Notes: generated by a model not told the origin, from the letters alone. Shown: positions 51,395 to 62,029, counted from the stretch's first letter. The stretch: DNA of 62,503 bases from an uncultured Eubacteriales bacterium (GCA_964367815.1 CAYIYR010000006.1:1-62503), one strand, 5' to 3'. Translations and numbers: made by a program.

Positions 51395-51796
51395 TAATTC
51401 TTCAACTAGTTTTATGAAATCTTCGTTGGTTAATTTGTGACTTGTGGCAGGCTCAAGATGATAATCATCTTTCTCGTAGCGTGGAATAACATGCAAGTGA
51501 AAGTGATTAATTGCTTGACCAGCTATCTCCTTACAATTGTTCAACAAATTAACTCCTTTAATATTGGGAAGAGTATTCATTTGGACAATTGCAATCTTTT
51601 GGGCAACAGCTATTATTTTTGCTAATAGTTCAGTTGGAATGGTAAGCAAATCATCATAGTGTTTTTTACTAACAACTAAGGTGTGGCCAATTGTTGCTTG
51701 TCCGATATCAAGAAAAGCAAGAATTTCTTCATCTTCATATACCTTATAGCAGGGAATTTCTTTATTGACTATTTTGCAGAAAATACATTCATTCAT
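51371..51796 (-). CDS. hit: HIT family protein
   Basis: CIFCKI, GHTLVV, HFHLHVIPR. Confidence 0.95.
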   Translation of the reverse strand: MNECIFCKIVNKEIPCYKVYEDEEILAFLDIGQATIGHTLVVSKKHYDDLLTIPTELLAKIIAVAQKIAIVQMNTLPNIKGVNLLNNCKEIAGQAINHFHLHVIPRYEKDDYHLEPATSHKLTNEDFIKLVEELKKGLTKC

Positions 51797-51850
51797 TTTG
51801 TCTCCTCCTTAATAAGAAAAAAGGAAGCCGAAGCTTCCTTAATCATTTTA

Positions 51851-53320
51851 CTAATCTTCTTTACCGTAATTGTAAGTTTCATTTAGATAATCATAGATAT
51901 CTTGATTATTAATTTCTAACTTACCTTTTTCTGTTAAATCAGTTAAGTAGTAGTAGATAGCATTTTTAACGTTGCTTGATACTTCAGCTAAAACTTTAGC
52001 AGCTTCTTTCTTCTCGGCAGCAGTGGATGAATCATTGATAGCAACAGCTGTCATGACATAATAAGCACTATCAGCTTTAAAAACGGCTGTATCTGTTTCA
52101 TATAGATCAATGTAAGAGGTTGTAACGCCGCCAGTGGTTTTGTACATTTTCTTCATATCTTCTAATGCGGTATTAACGGTGCTATTGATAACAGCAGCGT
52201 TATCAGAAGTAGTACATTTTTCAGTAAAGTAATTAGTAGTAATGATATCTAATTGCTTTAGATAGTATCCTTTGTAGATAGATTTTGTTCCAGAAGAGGA
52301 ATAGGTATCTAACTTTGTTTTTACTTCGCCTTTTTGAGTGACATCATAGGTGTTACCAGCAGAATAAATATCGCGGAAACCATAGATAGTATCATTGGCG
52401 TATTCAAGTTCATAATTTTTTACAGAGGTAGCGTATTTGGTCGGAAGAGCATATTCGGCTGCTTCATTAACTGCGACAGGTGTAAGAGAATCATAACCAG
52501 CAGCTTTGGCATTAATCATCGCAAAATCTTTGGCTAAGTCTTTCAACTGTTTTAATTTCCATTGATCTTCTAGGCCACCATCTTTTGTGACTAGGGTCTT
52601 GAAGGTTTCTGGGGTTGCTAATGCTAAATTAGCAGCAATAATTTCTTCAAAATCTTGTGAATATTTAGTAGCTTCGCTAGAGTTAGCAGGAGTAAATCTG
52701 AAATATTCAACCTTTCTAACCTTTTTACCAGTGAAGTAACTTGTGCTAGCACCATCATTAGCTCTTTGGCTGAGAATGTATTCTTCATTGAGAAGATTTA
52801 AGTAGAGATCTTTTGAAAGCTCTGCTTCATACTCACTATAATCATAAGTTAATAATGTTTTTAAGTGCTTGTAACCAACTAAGCTAGAAATAGTTTCTTC
52901 GAAAGGAGCGGCGTTGTTCTTAGGAACAACATTGTAACCTTGTGACTGAAGTGATAAAACCAATTTGCTTTCATCAAATAAGCCATTTATTTTATAAGAA
53001 GCGTTGGTGTAGAAGGAATCAAATTTTTCCTCAATTCTCTTGCTAATTTCAGCAGTAATTTCTGCTGCTGTCCAGTTCTTTGAATTGGCTAATACGTATT
53101 TTGCAACACTGTATAGCAATTCTTTGGAAGCAATTTCAACGCCCTTTTTTGCGTATAAATCATCGAAAACATCCTGATAAGTATCGAGTGTGACTCCAGA
53201 GGTATCCGTAACACTGGCAATGGTTTTATCACCAGAGCCAAGTTTTGGAGAATCTGTAGAACAGCCTACTAATAGGAATACTGCTAGAGCAGCAGGGATA
53301 AATTTACAAATCTTTTTCAT
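51851..53320 (-). CDS. Lipoprotein, possibly a degenerate PrsA-like foldase paralogue
   Basis: Lipobox LVGC; PrsA-like N-terminus (TIASVT...DDLYAKKGVE); no intact parvulin motif. Confidence 0.6.
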   Translation of the reverse strand: MKKICKFIPAALAVFLLVGCSTDSPKLGSGDKTIASVTDTSGVTLDTYQDVFDDLYAKKGVEIASKELLYSVAKYVLANSKNWTAAEITAEISKRIEEKFDSFYTNASYKINGLFDESKLVLSLQSQGYNVVPKNNAAPFEETISSLVGYKHLKTLLTYDYSEYEAELSKDLYLNLLNEEYILSQRANDGASTSYFTGKKVRKVEYFRFTPANSSEATKYSQDFEEIIAANLALATPETFKTLVTKDGGLEDQWKLKQLKDLAKDFAMINAKAAGYDSLTPVAVNEAAEYALPTKYATSVKNYELEYANDTIYGFRDIYSAGNTYDVTQKGEVKTKLDTYSSSGTKSIYKGYYLKQLDIITTNYFTEKCTTSDNAAVINSTVNTALEDMKKMYKTTGGVTTSYIDLYETDTAVFKADSAYYVMTAVAINDSSTAAEKKEAAKVLAEVSSNVKNAIYYYLTDLTEKGKLEINNQDIYDYLNETYNYGKED

Positions 53321-53337
53321 TATTCATTTTCCCCTTC

Positions 53338-55119
53338 CTAATAAAGCAAATCATGCATTTCTTGGTTAGCACGAATGCTTTCAATATAATCAGCCCAAGA
53401 ATTGCTTTGTGCTTCATCAATTTTCGCAAGTTTATAACTTGTTTGCATTTCAATATAATCTTTAACTGCTTTCTCTAAAGAAGCATTTGGAATAGTGACT
53501 CCTGATGTTCCTAAATAGTAATTAAAGATTTCATAATCATATAATTCATCGGAAGCAGAAAGACTTTCGAATCCACCCTTTGCATAAGTAGTAATTCTAG
53601 TTTCAATTTCTGTCTTTCTAGTGTTCTTAGCAACTGTTTCTGTACTATAACCAAAGTTATAAGAAGAAGTGGTTACATAAGTATTTGTTAATCCACTAGC
53701 ATTTGTTCCATACATAAAGTATTTAACTGAATCAGGAGCATTTGTTCCGGTTGCAGCAGCAGTGTCTAGTGAACTCCAAGTAATGGATAGGAAGTGAATT
53801 CCAAATTCACTCTTCGCAACAACAACTGGATTGCTATTTTCATCGACAACATAACCGCTAGCATTGGTGTTTTGATTACTAGTAACGCTTAATTGTTGAT
53901 AGAAATTGCTTGCAATAACGGCATCAGCCTTAGCAGCAATCTTAATGGCGGTATCGCTTGGATAAACCTCTTTTAAGACATTTTCAATATTTGTTCTAAC
54001 AGTAACAGGATTAGAAGTATTAATCTTCATGTATTGAATTCCTGGGTAGTTGAAATATTTGTTGAAAATGACATTACGTGGATATAGTTCAGCATCATAG
54101 TCAGCTTTATCGGTGTTACCAGCAGCTATTTGTTCATCTTTGGCTTCATCTTCATAAGTATAAGCTAAGACGCTAGCAATTGATGCTACATCGATTGTCT
54201 TGACACCAGCTTCATATCCTGGATAGATTGCGTTTGTACCAGTGAATAGGTCAGCAGCGTAATCTTTCATTCCGAGAGTATCTTCTTTATCATAGTCAGC
54301 ATTTGTATGATTTTGAATCATCTCAGAGACATAGAGACCTAGTTTGAATTCCTTAACAAAGGAAGTATAGGTATCCATAATTCCTAAATGACCGCCGTTA
54401 GTGGCACTGCCATCCTCGGATTCTTCAAGAGCAATATTCTTAAATTTGTTTCTAGAAGCTTTTCCTAAAGCAAGTCTTTGCATAACGATCGAAATCTTGT
54501 CAACTTCGGCGCTTGTAGTAGTAGCTTTGGAAGTAAGACCTTTATTGTCTGCGACTTTTGCAAGAATGTGTTTCACGATCATTGGTGAAGTGTTCTTGAC
54601 ATATTTCTCTAACAATGTTGAACCATTTGCAGAATCTGTTTTTGGTTCAGTGTGGTCGGACTTAAATTTGCTTGCTAGCTCATCTTTTTGTTCTTCTAAA
54701 TAGTAGGATTGTTCGAGCTCATTACGGTCAGCCATACCCAATTCATCTAGTTTTGTCTTTTCGGCATTTCTAGTTGTTACGCCATTTTCACTAGCGTAGG
54801 TAGCGACAGCAGTGTCCCAATCATCCATCTTCTCTTTTACGGCAGCTTCGATTGATGAAGTAATTTCAACATTCTTTTGTGCCAATGCTTTGTAAACTGC
54901 CTCATATACGGCCTTGACACCTTCATCGGTGCCTAAGAAGTCATAGGTTGCTTTTTGATCTTCAAAACCTAATATATCATCAGCGAAGATATTTGTATCT
55001 CCGACAGTGAATAAAACTTCTTTTCCGTCTACTTTTTTGCTCTTAACATCGTTACATCCGACCATGCAACCTGCTAATAAAGCAAATAGTAATGAGAGCG
55101 AAAGCGCAGTTTTTCTCAT
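53338..55119 (-). CDS. Large PrsA-like lipoprotein with parvulin PPIase domain
   Basis: Lipobox (MVGC); VKHILAK...FKNIALEESEDGSATNGGHLG...FVKEFK; near yhaM/hit as in B. subtilis. Confidence 0.75.
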   Translation of the reverse strand: MRKTALSLSLLFALLAGCMVGCNDVKSKKVDGKEVLFTVGDTNIFADDILGFEDQKATYDFLGTDEGVKAVYEAVYKALAQKNVEITSSIEAAVKEKMDDWDTAVATYASENGVTTRNAEKTKLDELGMADRNELEQSYYLEEQKDELASKFKSDHTEPKTDSANGSTLLEKYVKNTSPMIVKHILAKVADNKGLTSKATTTSAEVDKISIVMQRLALGKASRNKFKNIALEESEDGSATNGGHLGIMDTYTSFVKEFKLGLYVSEMIQNHTNADYDKEDTLGMKDYAADLFTGTNAIYPGYEAGVKTIDVASIASVLAYTYEDEAKDEQIAAGNTDKADYDAELYPRNVIFNKYFNYPGIQYMKINTSNPVTVRTNIENVLKEVYPSDTAIKIAAKADAVIASNFYQQLSVTSNQNTNASGYVVDENSNPVVVAKSEFGIHFLSITWSSLDTAAATGTNAPDSVKYFMYGTNASGLTNTYVTTSSYNFGYSTETVAKNTRKTEIETRITTYAKGGFESLSASDELYDYEIFNYYLGTSGVTIPNASLEKAVKDYIEMQTSYKLAKIDEAQSNSWADYIESIRANQEMHDLLY

Positions 55120-55275
55120 AGTATTCCTCCTTCTAAAAATATGAATGCTAGTTTATTGTACTCTATTCAATAGAGGTTTTCAATAAATATTTAAAAGAAA
55201 ATATTTACGCGCGCATACGCGAGAGCCCAAGTTTTGCTAATAAGTGGGCAAAGCGTAGCAAAAAAGATATTAGCA

Positions 55276-55283
55276 CATAAGAT
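55276..55283 (+). promoter_or_regulatory. Possible sporulation sigma (SigE/SigK-type) -10 element CATAAGAT
   Basis: CATA-x3-T about 30 nt upstream of the first YjcZ-like ORF. Confidence 0.4.
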
Positions 55284-55310
55284 ATTGTGAGTGAAAAGGA
55301 GGTTGGAAAT

Positions 55311-55439
55311 ATGACACAACCAGGCGAAAACCAACCATGCGGTTGCGGTTTATGCAACGGAACTTGGGGCAATAGTGCCTTCGCAATTATCTTAGTTCTA
55401 TTCATATTATTAGCAATAATTGGTTGTTTTATTTGCTAA
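55311..55439 (+). CDS. YjcZ/SscA-family small sporulation protein (42 aa; not in ORF track)
   Basis: AAGGAGG RBS; MTQPGENQPCGCGLCNGTWGNSAFAIILVLFILLAIIGCFIC* with the F-A-I-I-L-V-L-F-I-L-L-x-I-I-G signature. Confidence 0.85.
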   Translation: MTQPGENQPCGCGLCNGTWGNSAFAIILVLFILLAIIGCFIC

Positions 55440-55481
55440 TTATCTTAATTCGTAAACTTACATATGAAAGGGGGGAACAAA

Positions 55482-55577
55482 ATGTTAGGCAATTCATTTG
55501 CAATCATCCTAGTTTTATTCATCTTACTCGTTATCATCGGATGCGGCTGCTGGGGCGGCTCAACCGGATGTTGCTAG
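55482..55577 (+). CDS. YjcZ/SscA-family small sporulation protein (31 aa; not in ORF track)
   Basis: AAAGGGGGG RBS; MLGNSFAIILVLFILLVIIGCGCWGGSTGCC*; terminator-like hairpin GGGCAAAG..TTTTGCTC + T-run follows. Confidence 0.85.
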   Translation: MLGNSFAIILVLFILLVIIGCGCWGGSTGCC

Positions 55578-55665
55578 TTAGGGCAAAGCAATTTTGCTCT
55601 TTTTTTTTATCAAATCGTTTGTCTTTTCCCCACCTTTACTATACAATATTCGCGTAGGAGTGATG

Positions 55666-56490
55666 ATGATGACAAAACTAGTTATTGAAAATCTTCATGC
55701 GGAGATTGAAGGAAAAGAAATTTTAAAGGGAATTAACCTAACAATTTGCAGTGGTGAGGTGCATGCTTTACTGGGCCCAAATGGTCATGGAAAGTCTACT
55801 TTGCTCAATGTATTGATGGGACATCCAAAGTATGTGGTTACCAGTGGTTCTATCACTCTAGATGGTGAGGATGTTTTGAAGATGACTGTTGATGAGAGAG
55901 CTAAAAAAGGATTGTTTTTAGCAATGCAATATCCACCAGAAATCAGTGGAGTAACTCTTTCAGATTTCTTGAAGGCAGCCATAAATGGTAGAAATGAAAA
56001 ACCTGTTTCCTTATATAAGTATATTAAAGAGTTGGAAAGCTCAGCGAATAAAGTTGGCTTTGAACTAGATATGGTCCATCGCTTTTTGAACGAGGGCTTT
56101 TCTGGTGGCGAGAAGAAACGCAGCGAGATCTTGCAGATGCAATTACTAAAACCCACCTTTGCTTTATTAGATGAAATCGATTCTGGCCTTGATGTTGATG
56201 CCTTGAAATTGGTGGCAAATGTTGTTAATGAGATGAATGATGGAACAAGGGGGATATTAATTGTTTCTCACTATGCGAGAATGTACAACCTTGTGAAGCC
56301 AACTAATTCGCATGTCATTATTGATGGTCGCATAGCAGTCAGTGGCGGTGCGGAGATTATTGAGAAGATTGATACCAAGGGCTATGAATGGATCAAGGAT
56401 GAGCTGGGAATAGAAATTAAGAAGGCCACTGTCGAGGTAAAGCCAGTTTTGATTGATACTTGTGCAGTGAAAGTGAAGAAAAATGGTTAA
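55666..56490 (+). CDS. sufC: Fe-S cluster assembly ATPase
   Basis: GPNGHGKST, NEGFSGGEKKR, LDEIDSGLDVDA; start moved to the ATG after AGGAG. Confidence 0.96.
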   Translation: MMTKLVIENLHAEIEGKEILKGINLTICSGEVHALLGPNGHGKSTLLNVLMGHPKYVVTSGSITLDGEDVLKMTVDERAKKGLFLAMQYPPEISGVTLSDFLKAAINGRNEKPVSLYKYIKELESSANKVGFELDMVHRFLNEGFSGGEKKRSEILQMQLLKPTFALLDEIDSGLDVDALKLVANVVNEMNDGTRGILIVSHYARMYNLVKPTNSHVIIDGRIAVSGGAEIIEKIDTKGYEWIKDELGIEIKKATVEVKPVLIDTCAVKVKKNG

Positions 56491-57358
56491 GTTAAGTTCT
56501 ATTAAGCTGCCACAAGATAATACTGATTTTTCTATTAGATATGAAAATGGCACCTTGTATATCACAGCTAAAAATGGTTTCAATGATACTATTGAAGTTA
56601 ATCGTTCAGAGATGAAATCAGCAAATATACAATTGGAGATTTCTGAGAACTCAAAAGTTGAATTTATCGAGATTTTCGATACAAAATTTGACTTGCCAGA
56701 AATGTCTTTTAATTGTGAATGCCATGGTTATTTGAAACATTGTCGTTTATTCATGAGTCAATGTCCAAAAGCAAAAATTGTTGACAAAGTTATTGTTGAT
56801 CACAATGGTGAGTATCTTCAAGCATACATTGATTTAAATCAAGGCGATGTCTTTGTAAATACGGATATCTTTTTAAATGATGTGGGTGTGAAGGGAAGCA
56901 TATATTGTGCGACTGTCTGCAATAATAGTTATCATAAGAATTATTTGTGCAAAGTAGTTAATAATGCTCCGCTGACCAAAGGCTATATCGAAGACTATGG
57001 TGTCGCTTTTCAGGAAGGCAACTTACATATCACCGGAATTGGCGATATAAAAAGAGGAGCTCGGGGAGCTTCTAGTCGACAGAAATCTACGATGTTTGTG
57101 TTAGATGCCTTATCAAAGGCAGTGGCACAACCATATCTTTATATTGACGAAGATGATGTTGAGGCGAGTCATGCATCAGCAGTTGGTCAAGTCAATGATG
57201 AAACGATTTTCTATTTATGCTCAAGAGGCATTGAGAAAGAGGTTGCTAAACGAATGGTAGTTTTGGGCTACTTTAAACCGATAGTTGAACAGATCAGTGA
57301 TGAAATAACAAAGCAAAAAGTTTTCGATTATATTCAAGGAGTGATTAACAATGATTAA
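56483..57358 (+). CDS. sufD: Fe-S cluster assembly protein SufD (short)
   Basis: PYLYIDEDDVEASHASAVGQV, FYLCSRGI. Confidence 0.9.
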   Translation: MVKLSSIKLPQDNTDFSIRYENGTLYITAKNGFNDTIEVNRSEMKSANIQLEISENSKVEFIEIFDTKFDLPEMSFNCECHGYLKHCRLFMSQCPKAKIVDKVIVDHNGEYLQAYIDLNQGDVFVNTDIFLNDVGVKGSIYCATVCNNSYHKNYLCKVVNNAPLTKGYIEDYGVAFQEGNLHITGIGDIKRGARGASSRQKSTMFVLDALSKAVAQPYLYIDEDDVEASHASAVGQVNDETIFYLCSRGIEKEVAKRMVVLGYFKPIVEQISDEITKQKVFDYIQGVINND

Positions 57359-58577
57359 CATTGATTCTATTAGAAAAGATTTTCCAATGCTGAGTAAAGA
57401 AATAAATGGGAAGCCAGTTATTTTCTTTGATAATGCTTCGACAACTTTTAAACCTCGAGTAGTTATTGCTGCTGAGATGGATTATTACAACAATTTCTGT
57501 TCAAATACTCATAGTGAAGATTATCCTATTAGTCAAATTGCTGGGAAAAAGTTTGAAGAAGCTCGTGCTAGTATTGCAAAATTTATTAATGCCGATCCAA
57601 AAGAAGTAGCATTCACAAGTGGTGACACTTCAGCTTTGAATACAATCTCTTACGCATTAGCTGACAAAATGCAACCGGGAGATGAAGTTTTATTAACAGT
57701 GGCTGAACATGCATCCAATGTCTTACCATGGTTCAAGCTTGCGCAAGAAAAAGGAATTGTTATAAAGTATATCCCTTTGACTGAGGGTGGACAGTTAACT
57801 GCCACTAATGTCGAGAAGTCAATTACTTCTAAAACAAAGGTTATCTCGATTGCCCATGTTACAAATGTGTTAGGTTATGTTGTTGATGTGAAGGCGATAT
57901 GCAAGATTGCTCATCAACATAATGTGTTAGTATTAGTCGATGGTGCTCAAAGTGTTCCTCATATTCCAACTGATGTAAAAGATTTAGACTGCGACTTTTT
58001 ATGCTTCTCTGGCCATAAGATGGTTGGACCAACTGGAATTGGCGTTTTGTATGGGAAATATCAGTTACTTTTAGAATTAACACCACCATTTATGGGCGGA
58101 GGAATGAATAGTCGTTTTGATACTTGTGGCAATTATTCCTTGATGTTGCCACCGCAAAAATTTGAATATGGCACCCAAAATATTGCTGGTGCAATTGGAA
58201 TGGGTGTTGCAGCTGAATATCTAATGGAGATTGGAATGGACAACATTCAAAAATATGAATATGAGCTTAAGAAGTATATGGTTGATAGACTGCTCAAAGA
58301 AGTCGATGGTATCAAGATTTACAATCCCGATAGTGATACAGGAATTGTGACTTTTAATCTCAAGGACATTTTTGCTCAGGATGCCGCTACACACTTCAGT
58401 TCATATGGAATCTGTGTCCGCTCTGGACAGCATTGTGCAAAGATATTGCTGGACTATTTAAAAACACCGGCCACTGTGCGTGCCAGTGTTTGCTTCTACA
58501 ATACTTACGATGAAGTTGATAAGTTTGTGGAAGCTGCTAAGAAAGGGGATGAGTTTCTCAATGCCTTCTTTGGATGA
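57351..58577 (+). CDS. sufS: Cysteine desulfurase
   Basis: FDNAST, DGAQS, FSGHKMVGPTGIG, RSGQHCA. Confidence 0.95.
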   Translation: MINIDSIRKDFPMLSKEINGKPVIFFDNASTTFKPRVVIAAEMDYYNNFCSNTHSEDYPISQIAGKKFEEARASIAKFINADPKEVAFTSGDTSALNTISYALADKMQPGDEVLLTVAEHASNVLPWFKLAQEKGIVIKYIPLTEGGQLTATNVEKSITSKTKVISIAHVTNVLGYVVDVKAICKIAHQHNVLVLVDGAQSVPHIPTDVKDLDCDFLCFSGHKMVGPTGIGVLYGKYQLLLELTPPFMGGGMNSRFDTCGNYSLMLPPQKFEYGTQNIAGAIGMGVAAEYLMEIGMDNIQKYEYELKKYMVDRLLKEVDGIKIYNPDSDTGIVTFNLKDIFAQDAATHFSSYGICVRSGQHCAKILLDYLKTPATVRASVCFYNTYDEVDKFVEAAKKGDEFLNAFFG

Positions 58578-59001
58578 TCCCAGTATGATGCGGGCGATAA
58601 TTATGGATCATTATCAGTATCCGCGAAACAAAAAAGAAATTAACGACGAAAGCTATGATTCAGTTCATATGGATTCAGAATCTTGCGTTGATGATTTCCA
58701 GATTTATTTAAAAATGGATGGTGACATTGTAAAAGATGTAGCTTTTAGTGGTGTCGGTTGTACTATTTCAACATCATCTATTTCAATTATGACTGAATTA
58801 GTTATTGGTAAAACAAAAGCAGAAGCATTAAACATTATTGATAACTATTTCAAAATGATTAACCATGAAGAAGATTACGATAAAGAGATTTTAGAAGAAG
58901 CCAATGTATTTCAAAACACCTATAAGCAAGCAAACAGAATAAAATGTGCTACGATAGGCTGGATTGGACTAAAAGAAATGTTAGAGAAAGAAGAAAAGTA
59001 A
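58561..59001 (+). CDS. sufU: SufU sulfur-transfer protein
   Basis: [25 protein letters not shown]; start ATG 58561. Confidence 0.92.
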   Translation: MPSLDDPSMMRAIIMDHYQYPRNKKEINDESYDSVHMDSESCVDDFQIYLKMDGDIVKDVAFSGVGCTISTSSISIMTELVIGKTKAEALNIIDNYFKMINHEEDYDKEILEEANVFQNTYKQANRIKCATIGWIGLKEMLEKEEK

Positions 59002-59002
59002 A

Positions 59003-60382
59003 ATGAGTGAAGAGTATAAGTATGGGTTTAAGGATGAAGATATCTCGATTATAAAAACCTCGAAAGGAATCAATGAAGATATCGTAAGAGAAATCTCACG
59101 TTTAAAATGCGAACCAAAGTGGATGGAAGATTTTCGCTTGCAATCATATCGTTATTTTGAGTCCACTCCTTTACCTTCTTTTGGGCCTGATCTAACTAAT
59201 CTTGATTTTAATGCTTATACTTACTTTATTCGTCCTAGTGATAAGCTTAGTAATGATTGGAATCAAGTTCCTGTTCAAATTAAGAACACCTTTGATAAAT
59301 TGGGAATTCCTGAAGCCGAGCATAAATTCTTGGCCGGGGTTTCTACCCAATATGAATCTGAGGTTGTTTATCATAATATGTTAAAGGAAGTTGAAGAGAA
59401 AGGTGTAATTTTTCTCGATACAGATTCTGCATTGAAACAGTATCCAGAATTATTCAAACAGTATTTTAATACTGTTGTTCAATACAATGACAACAAATTT
59501 TCAGCTTTAAATGGCGCTGTTTGGTCTGGTGGCTCCTTTATCTATGTTCCTAAGGGAGTTAAAATTGAGAAGCCACTTCAATCGTATTTCCGGATTAATT
59601 CAGAGAGAATGGGTCAGTTTGAAAGAACTTTGATTATTGTTGATGAAGGGGCGGATTTACACTATGTTGAAGGTTGTACCGCACCAATTTATTCAAAAGA
59701 ATCACTGCATGCTGCTGTGGTTGAGATAATCGTTAAGAAAGGTGCTAAATGTCGCTATTCTACTATTCAAAACTGGTCTAATAACATTGTTAATCTTGTG
59801 ACAAAAAGAGCTTATGTTGAAGAAGATGGTCTAATGGATTGGGTCGATGGAAATATTGGATCTCAAATGAACATGAAATATCCATGTTGTGTCTTGGCCG
59901 GACCAAGAGCCAAAGGAAGTTGCATTTCTGTCGCAGTTGCTAGTCACGGGCAATATCAGGATGCTGGTGCAAAGATGATACATTTAGCGGAAGATACCAC
60001 TAGTATTATTATTTCTAAGTCTATTGTTCGCTTGGGCGGCGTTGTTAACTATCGTGGTAAAGTGTTTGTTGGACCAAATGCAAAGGGGAGCAAGGCCTAT
60101 GTGGAATGTGATACCTTGATTATGGATAATCAGTCCAAAACGGATACCATCCCAACCAATGCCGTATATAACAATCAATCACTTATTGAACACGAAGCAA
60201 CTGTTAGTAAAGTCAGTGAGGAACAATTGTTCTATCTGATGTCTAGAGGCTTATCAAAAGCTGATGCGACACAGATGATAATTATGGGCTTTATTGAACC
60301 GTTTTCCAAAGAATTACCAATGGAATATGCGGTGGAACTAAATCAATTATTGAAGATGAATATGGAAGGAAGCATCGGCTAA
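59003..60382 (+). CDS. sufB: Fe-S cluster assembly protein SufB
   Basis: [33 protein letters not shown]. Confidence 0.97.
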   Translation: MSEEYKYGFKDEDISIIKTSKGINEDIVREISRLKCEPKWMEDFRLQSYRYFESTPLPSFGPDLTNLDFNAYTYFIRPSDKLSNDWNQVPVQIKNTFDKLGIPEAEHKFLAGVSTQYESEVVYHNMLKEVEEKGVIFLDTDSALKQYPELFKQYFNTVVQYNDNKFSALNGAVWSGGSFIYVPKGVKIEKPLQSYFRINSERMGQFERTLIIVDEGADLHYVEGCTAPIYSKESLHAAVVEIIVKKGAKCRYSTIQNWSNNIVNLVTKRAYVEEDGLMDWVDGNIGSQMNMKYPCCVLAGPRAKGSCISVAVASHGQYQDAGAKMIHLAEDTTSIIISKSIVRLGGVVNYRGKVFVGPNAKGSKAYVECDTLIMDNQSKTDTIPTNAVYNNQSLIEHEATVSKVSEEQLFYLMSRGLSKADATQMIIMGFIEPFSKELPMEYAVELNQLLKMNMEGSIG

Positions 60383-60391
60383 TATCAAACA

Positions 60392-60418
60392 AAAAAGACC
60401 CATTGAATGGGTCTTTTT
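60392..60418. terminator. Bidirectional terminator
   Basis: AAAAAGACCCA-ttgaa-TGGGTCTTTTT. Confidence 0.85.
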
Positions 60419-60437
60419 CATAATTAATTTGACTAGA

Positions 60438-60833
60438 TTATGCGTTTTTGAATATTTCAAGAGCGGATGAATTTCCTAATAATAGGACACATTTGCCATT
60501 AACATAATCACTTTTTTGAGAATCTTTGACAATTCCTTTTAAGGTTTCAGAATCTTCGCAAGCTGTTTGTAAATCCTTAGTCGATTTGAATTCCAAAATA
60601 ACAACAATTGAAAGAGACTTGTTCATTGCATGAACGGTAAACGCTATTTCTTTTGATTCGTCGTCTGCTTTTAACTCTTTTTCAACAGAAGCTGCTAATT
60701 GTTCAACTGTAGAAGAAAGTACAAAACCTTCCTTCTCAAAGGCTTTTTGAATTGGAGCCCATTTGTTTCCACAACTTGTCAGAGCTAAGAGACCAACAAA
60801 TACTAATGCTAGTGCTTTAAAAAACTTCTTCAT
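60438..60833 (-). CDS. Small lipoprotein of unknown function
   Basis: Lipobox LTSC; GAGG RBS. Confidence 0.75.
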   Translation of the reverse strand: MKKFFKALALVFVGLLALTSCGNKWAPIQKAFEKEGFVLSSTVEQLAASVEKELKADDESKEIAFTVHAMNKSLSIVVILEFKSTKDLQTACEDSETLKGIVKDSQKSDYVNGKCVLLLGNSSALEIFKNA

Positions 60834-61024
60834 TTTATTTCCTCTTCATTAACGGGCAAATGATAGCATATTTATTGTTTTAAGGCAACTATAATTAGCT
60901 CGATTTGGAAGTAATTACTATTTAACTAATTACTATTATTATTAATGCTTCCTTTATTCGATTTTCATTTTTTTAATGTTAAATTAACAATTCATAATAT
61001 AATAGATTTAGAAGGGGTGATTTT

Positions 61025-62029
61025 ATGAATACAATTTACCTAGTGACTGGTGCCGCTGGTCATCTAGGAACAACGATTTGTGATCAACTTTTAAGAGAAG
61101 GCAGAAAAGTAAGAGCATTAGTTCTCAACAATGATCCCACAGTGGCATATATGCCCAAGGAAGTTGAGAAGATTTATGGTGATGTTACTAATATAGATAG
61201 TTTAGAGCAATTTTTTGCAAACCCAAATGATGATGATTTAGTTGTCATCCATTGTGCGGGTATTGTGTCAATCGCTTCTAAACGGATTCAGAAAGTTTAT
61301 GATGTTAATGTAACTGGGACGAATAACATAATTAAAATGTGTAACACCCATAGGGTAGTGAAACTTATATATGTTAGTTCTGTCCATGCGATTCCCGAAC
61401 CCGAAGATGGTAGCCAAATTCATGAAGTAGAGCAGTTTGACCCGGATAAAGTGGTAGGTCTTTATGCCAAAACCAAAGCCGAAGCTACTCAAGCAGTTTT
61501 GAATAATACAAAGAATGGTTATTCTGTAAGCGTTGTTCATCCATCAGGAATTTTTGGACCAAATGATTTTGGCCATTCGCACCTAACACAACTTATTACC
61601 GACTTCTACAAAGGCAAACTAACTGCTTGTGTCAAAGGTGGTTATGACTTTGTTGATGTGCGTGATGTTGCCAAAGGCATTATCAGTTGTGCCGATAAAG
61701 GTAAAAATGGTCAATGTTATATTCTGTCCAACCAGTATTATCAGATAAAAGATGTCTTGGATACGATTCATGAGATTACGGGGAAAAAGAAGATTAGGAC
61801 AATCCTTCCAAGATGGTTTGCTAAACTTACTGCACCGTGTGCAGAACTGTACTACAAGTTAAAAAAACAACCACCATTATTCACTTCTTATTCATTGTAT
61901 ACTTTGGGCTGCAACGCAAAATTCTCTCATCACAAAGCTGATAGTGAATTGGGTTATCGTACAAGACCATTGAAGGCAACGATTACGGATACTATTGATT
62001 GGTTGAAAAAACACGGAAGATTGAAATAA
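61025..62029 (+). CDS. NAD-dependent epimerase/dehydratase (dihydroflavonol-reductase-like SDR)
   Basis: VTGAAGHLG, HCAG, YAKTK (YxxxK), FVDVRDVA. Confidence 0.9.
   Translation: MNTIYLVTGAAGHLGTTICDQLLREGRKVRALVLNNDPTVAYMPKEVEKIYGDVTNIDSLEQFFANPNDDDLVVIHCAGIVSIASKRIQKVYDVNVTGTNNIIKMCNTHRVVKLIYVSSVHAIPEPEDGSQIHEVEQFDPDKVVGLYAKTKAEATQAVLNNTKNGYSVSVVHPSGIFGPNDFGHSHLTQLITDFYKGKLTACVKGGYDFVDVRDVAKGIISCADKGKNGQCYILSNQYYQIKDVLDTIHEITGKKKIRTILPRWFAKLTAPCAELYYKLKKQPPLFTSYSLYTLGCNAKFSHHKADSELGYRTRPLKATITDTIDWLKKHGRLK

Noticed and set aside
55205-55657. Track ORFs 55205-55405 (-) and 55424-55657 (+)
   Set aside because: They overlap the two YjcZ-like ORFs, which have better RBSs and a family motif.
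2065-61540. Many short antisense or out-of-frame ORFs inside core genes (e.g. 3511-3864, 18051-18561, 37237-37941, 55785-56583)
   Set aside because: They lie inside well-supported genes and have no RBS or motifs.
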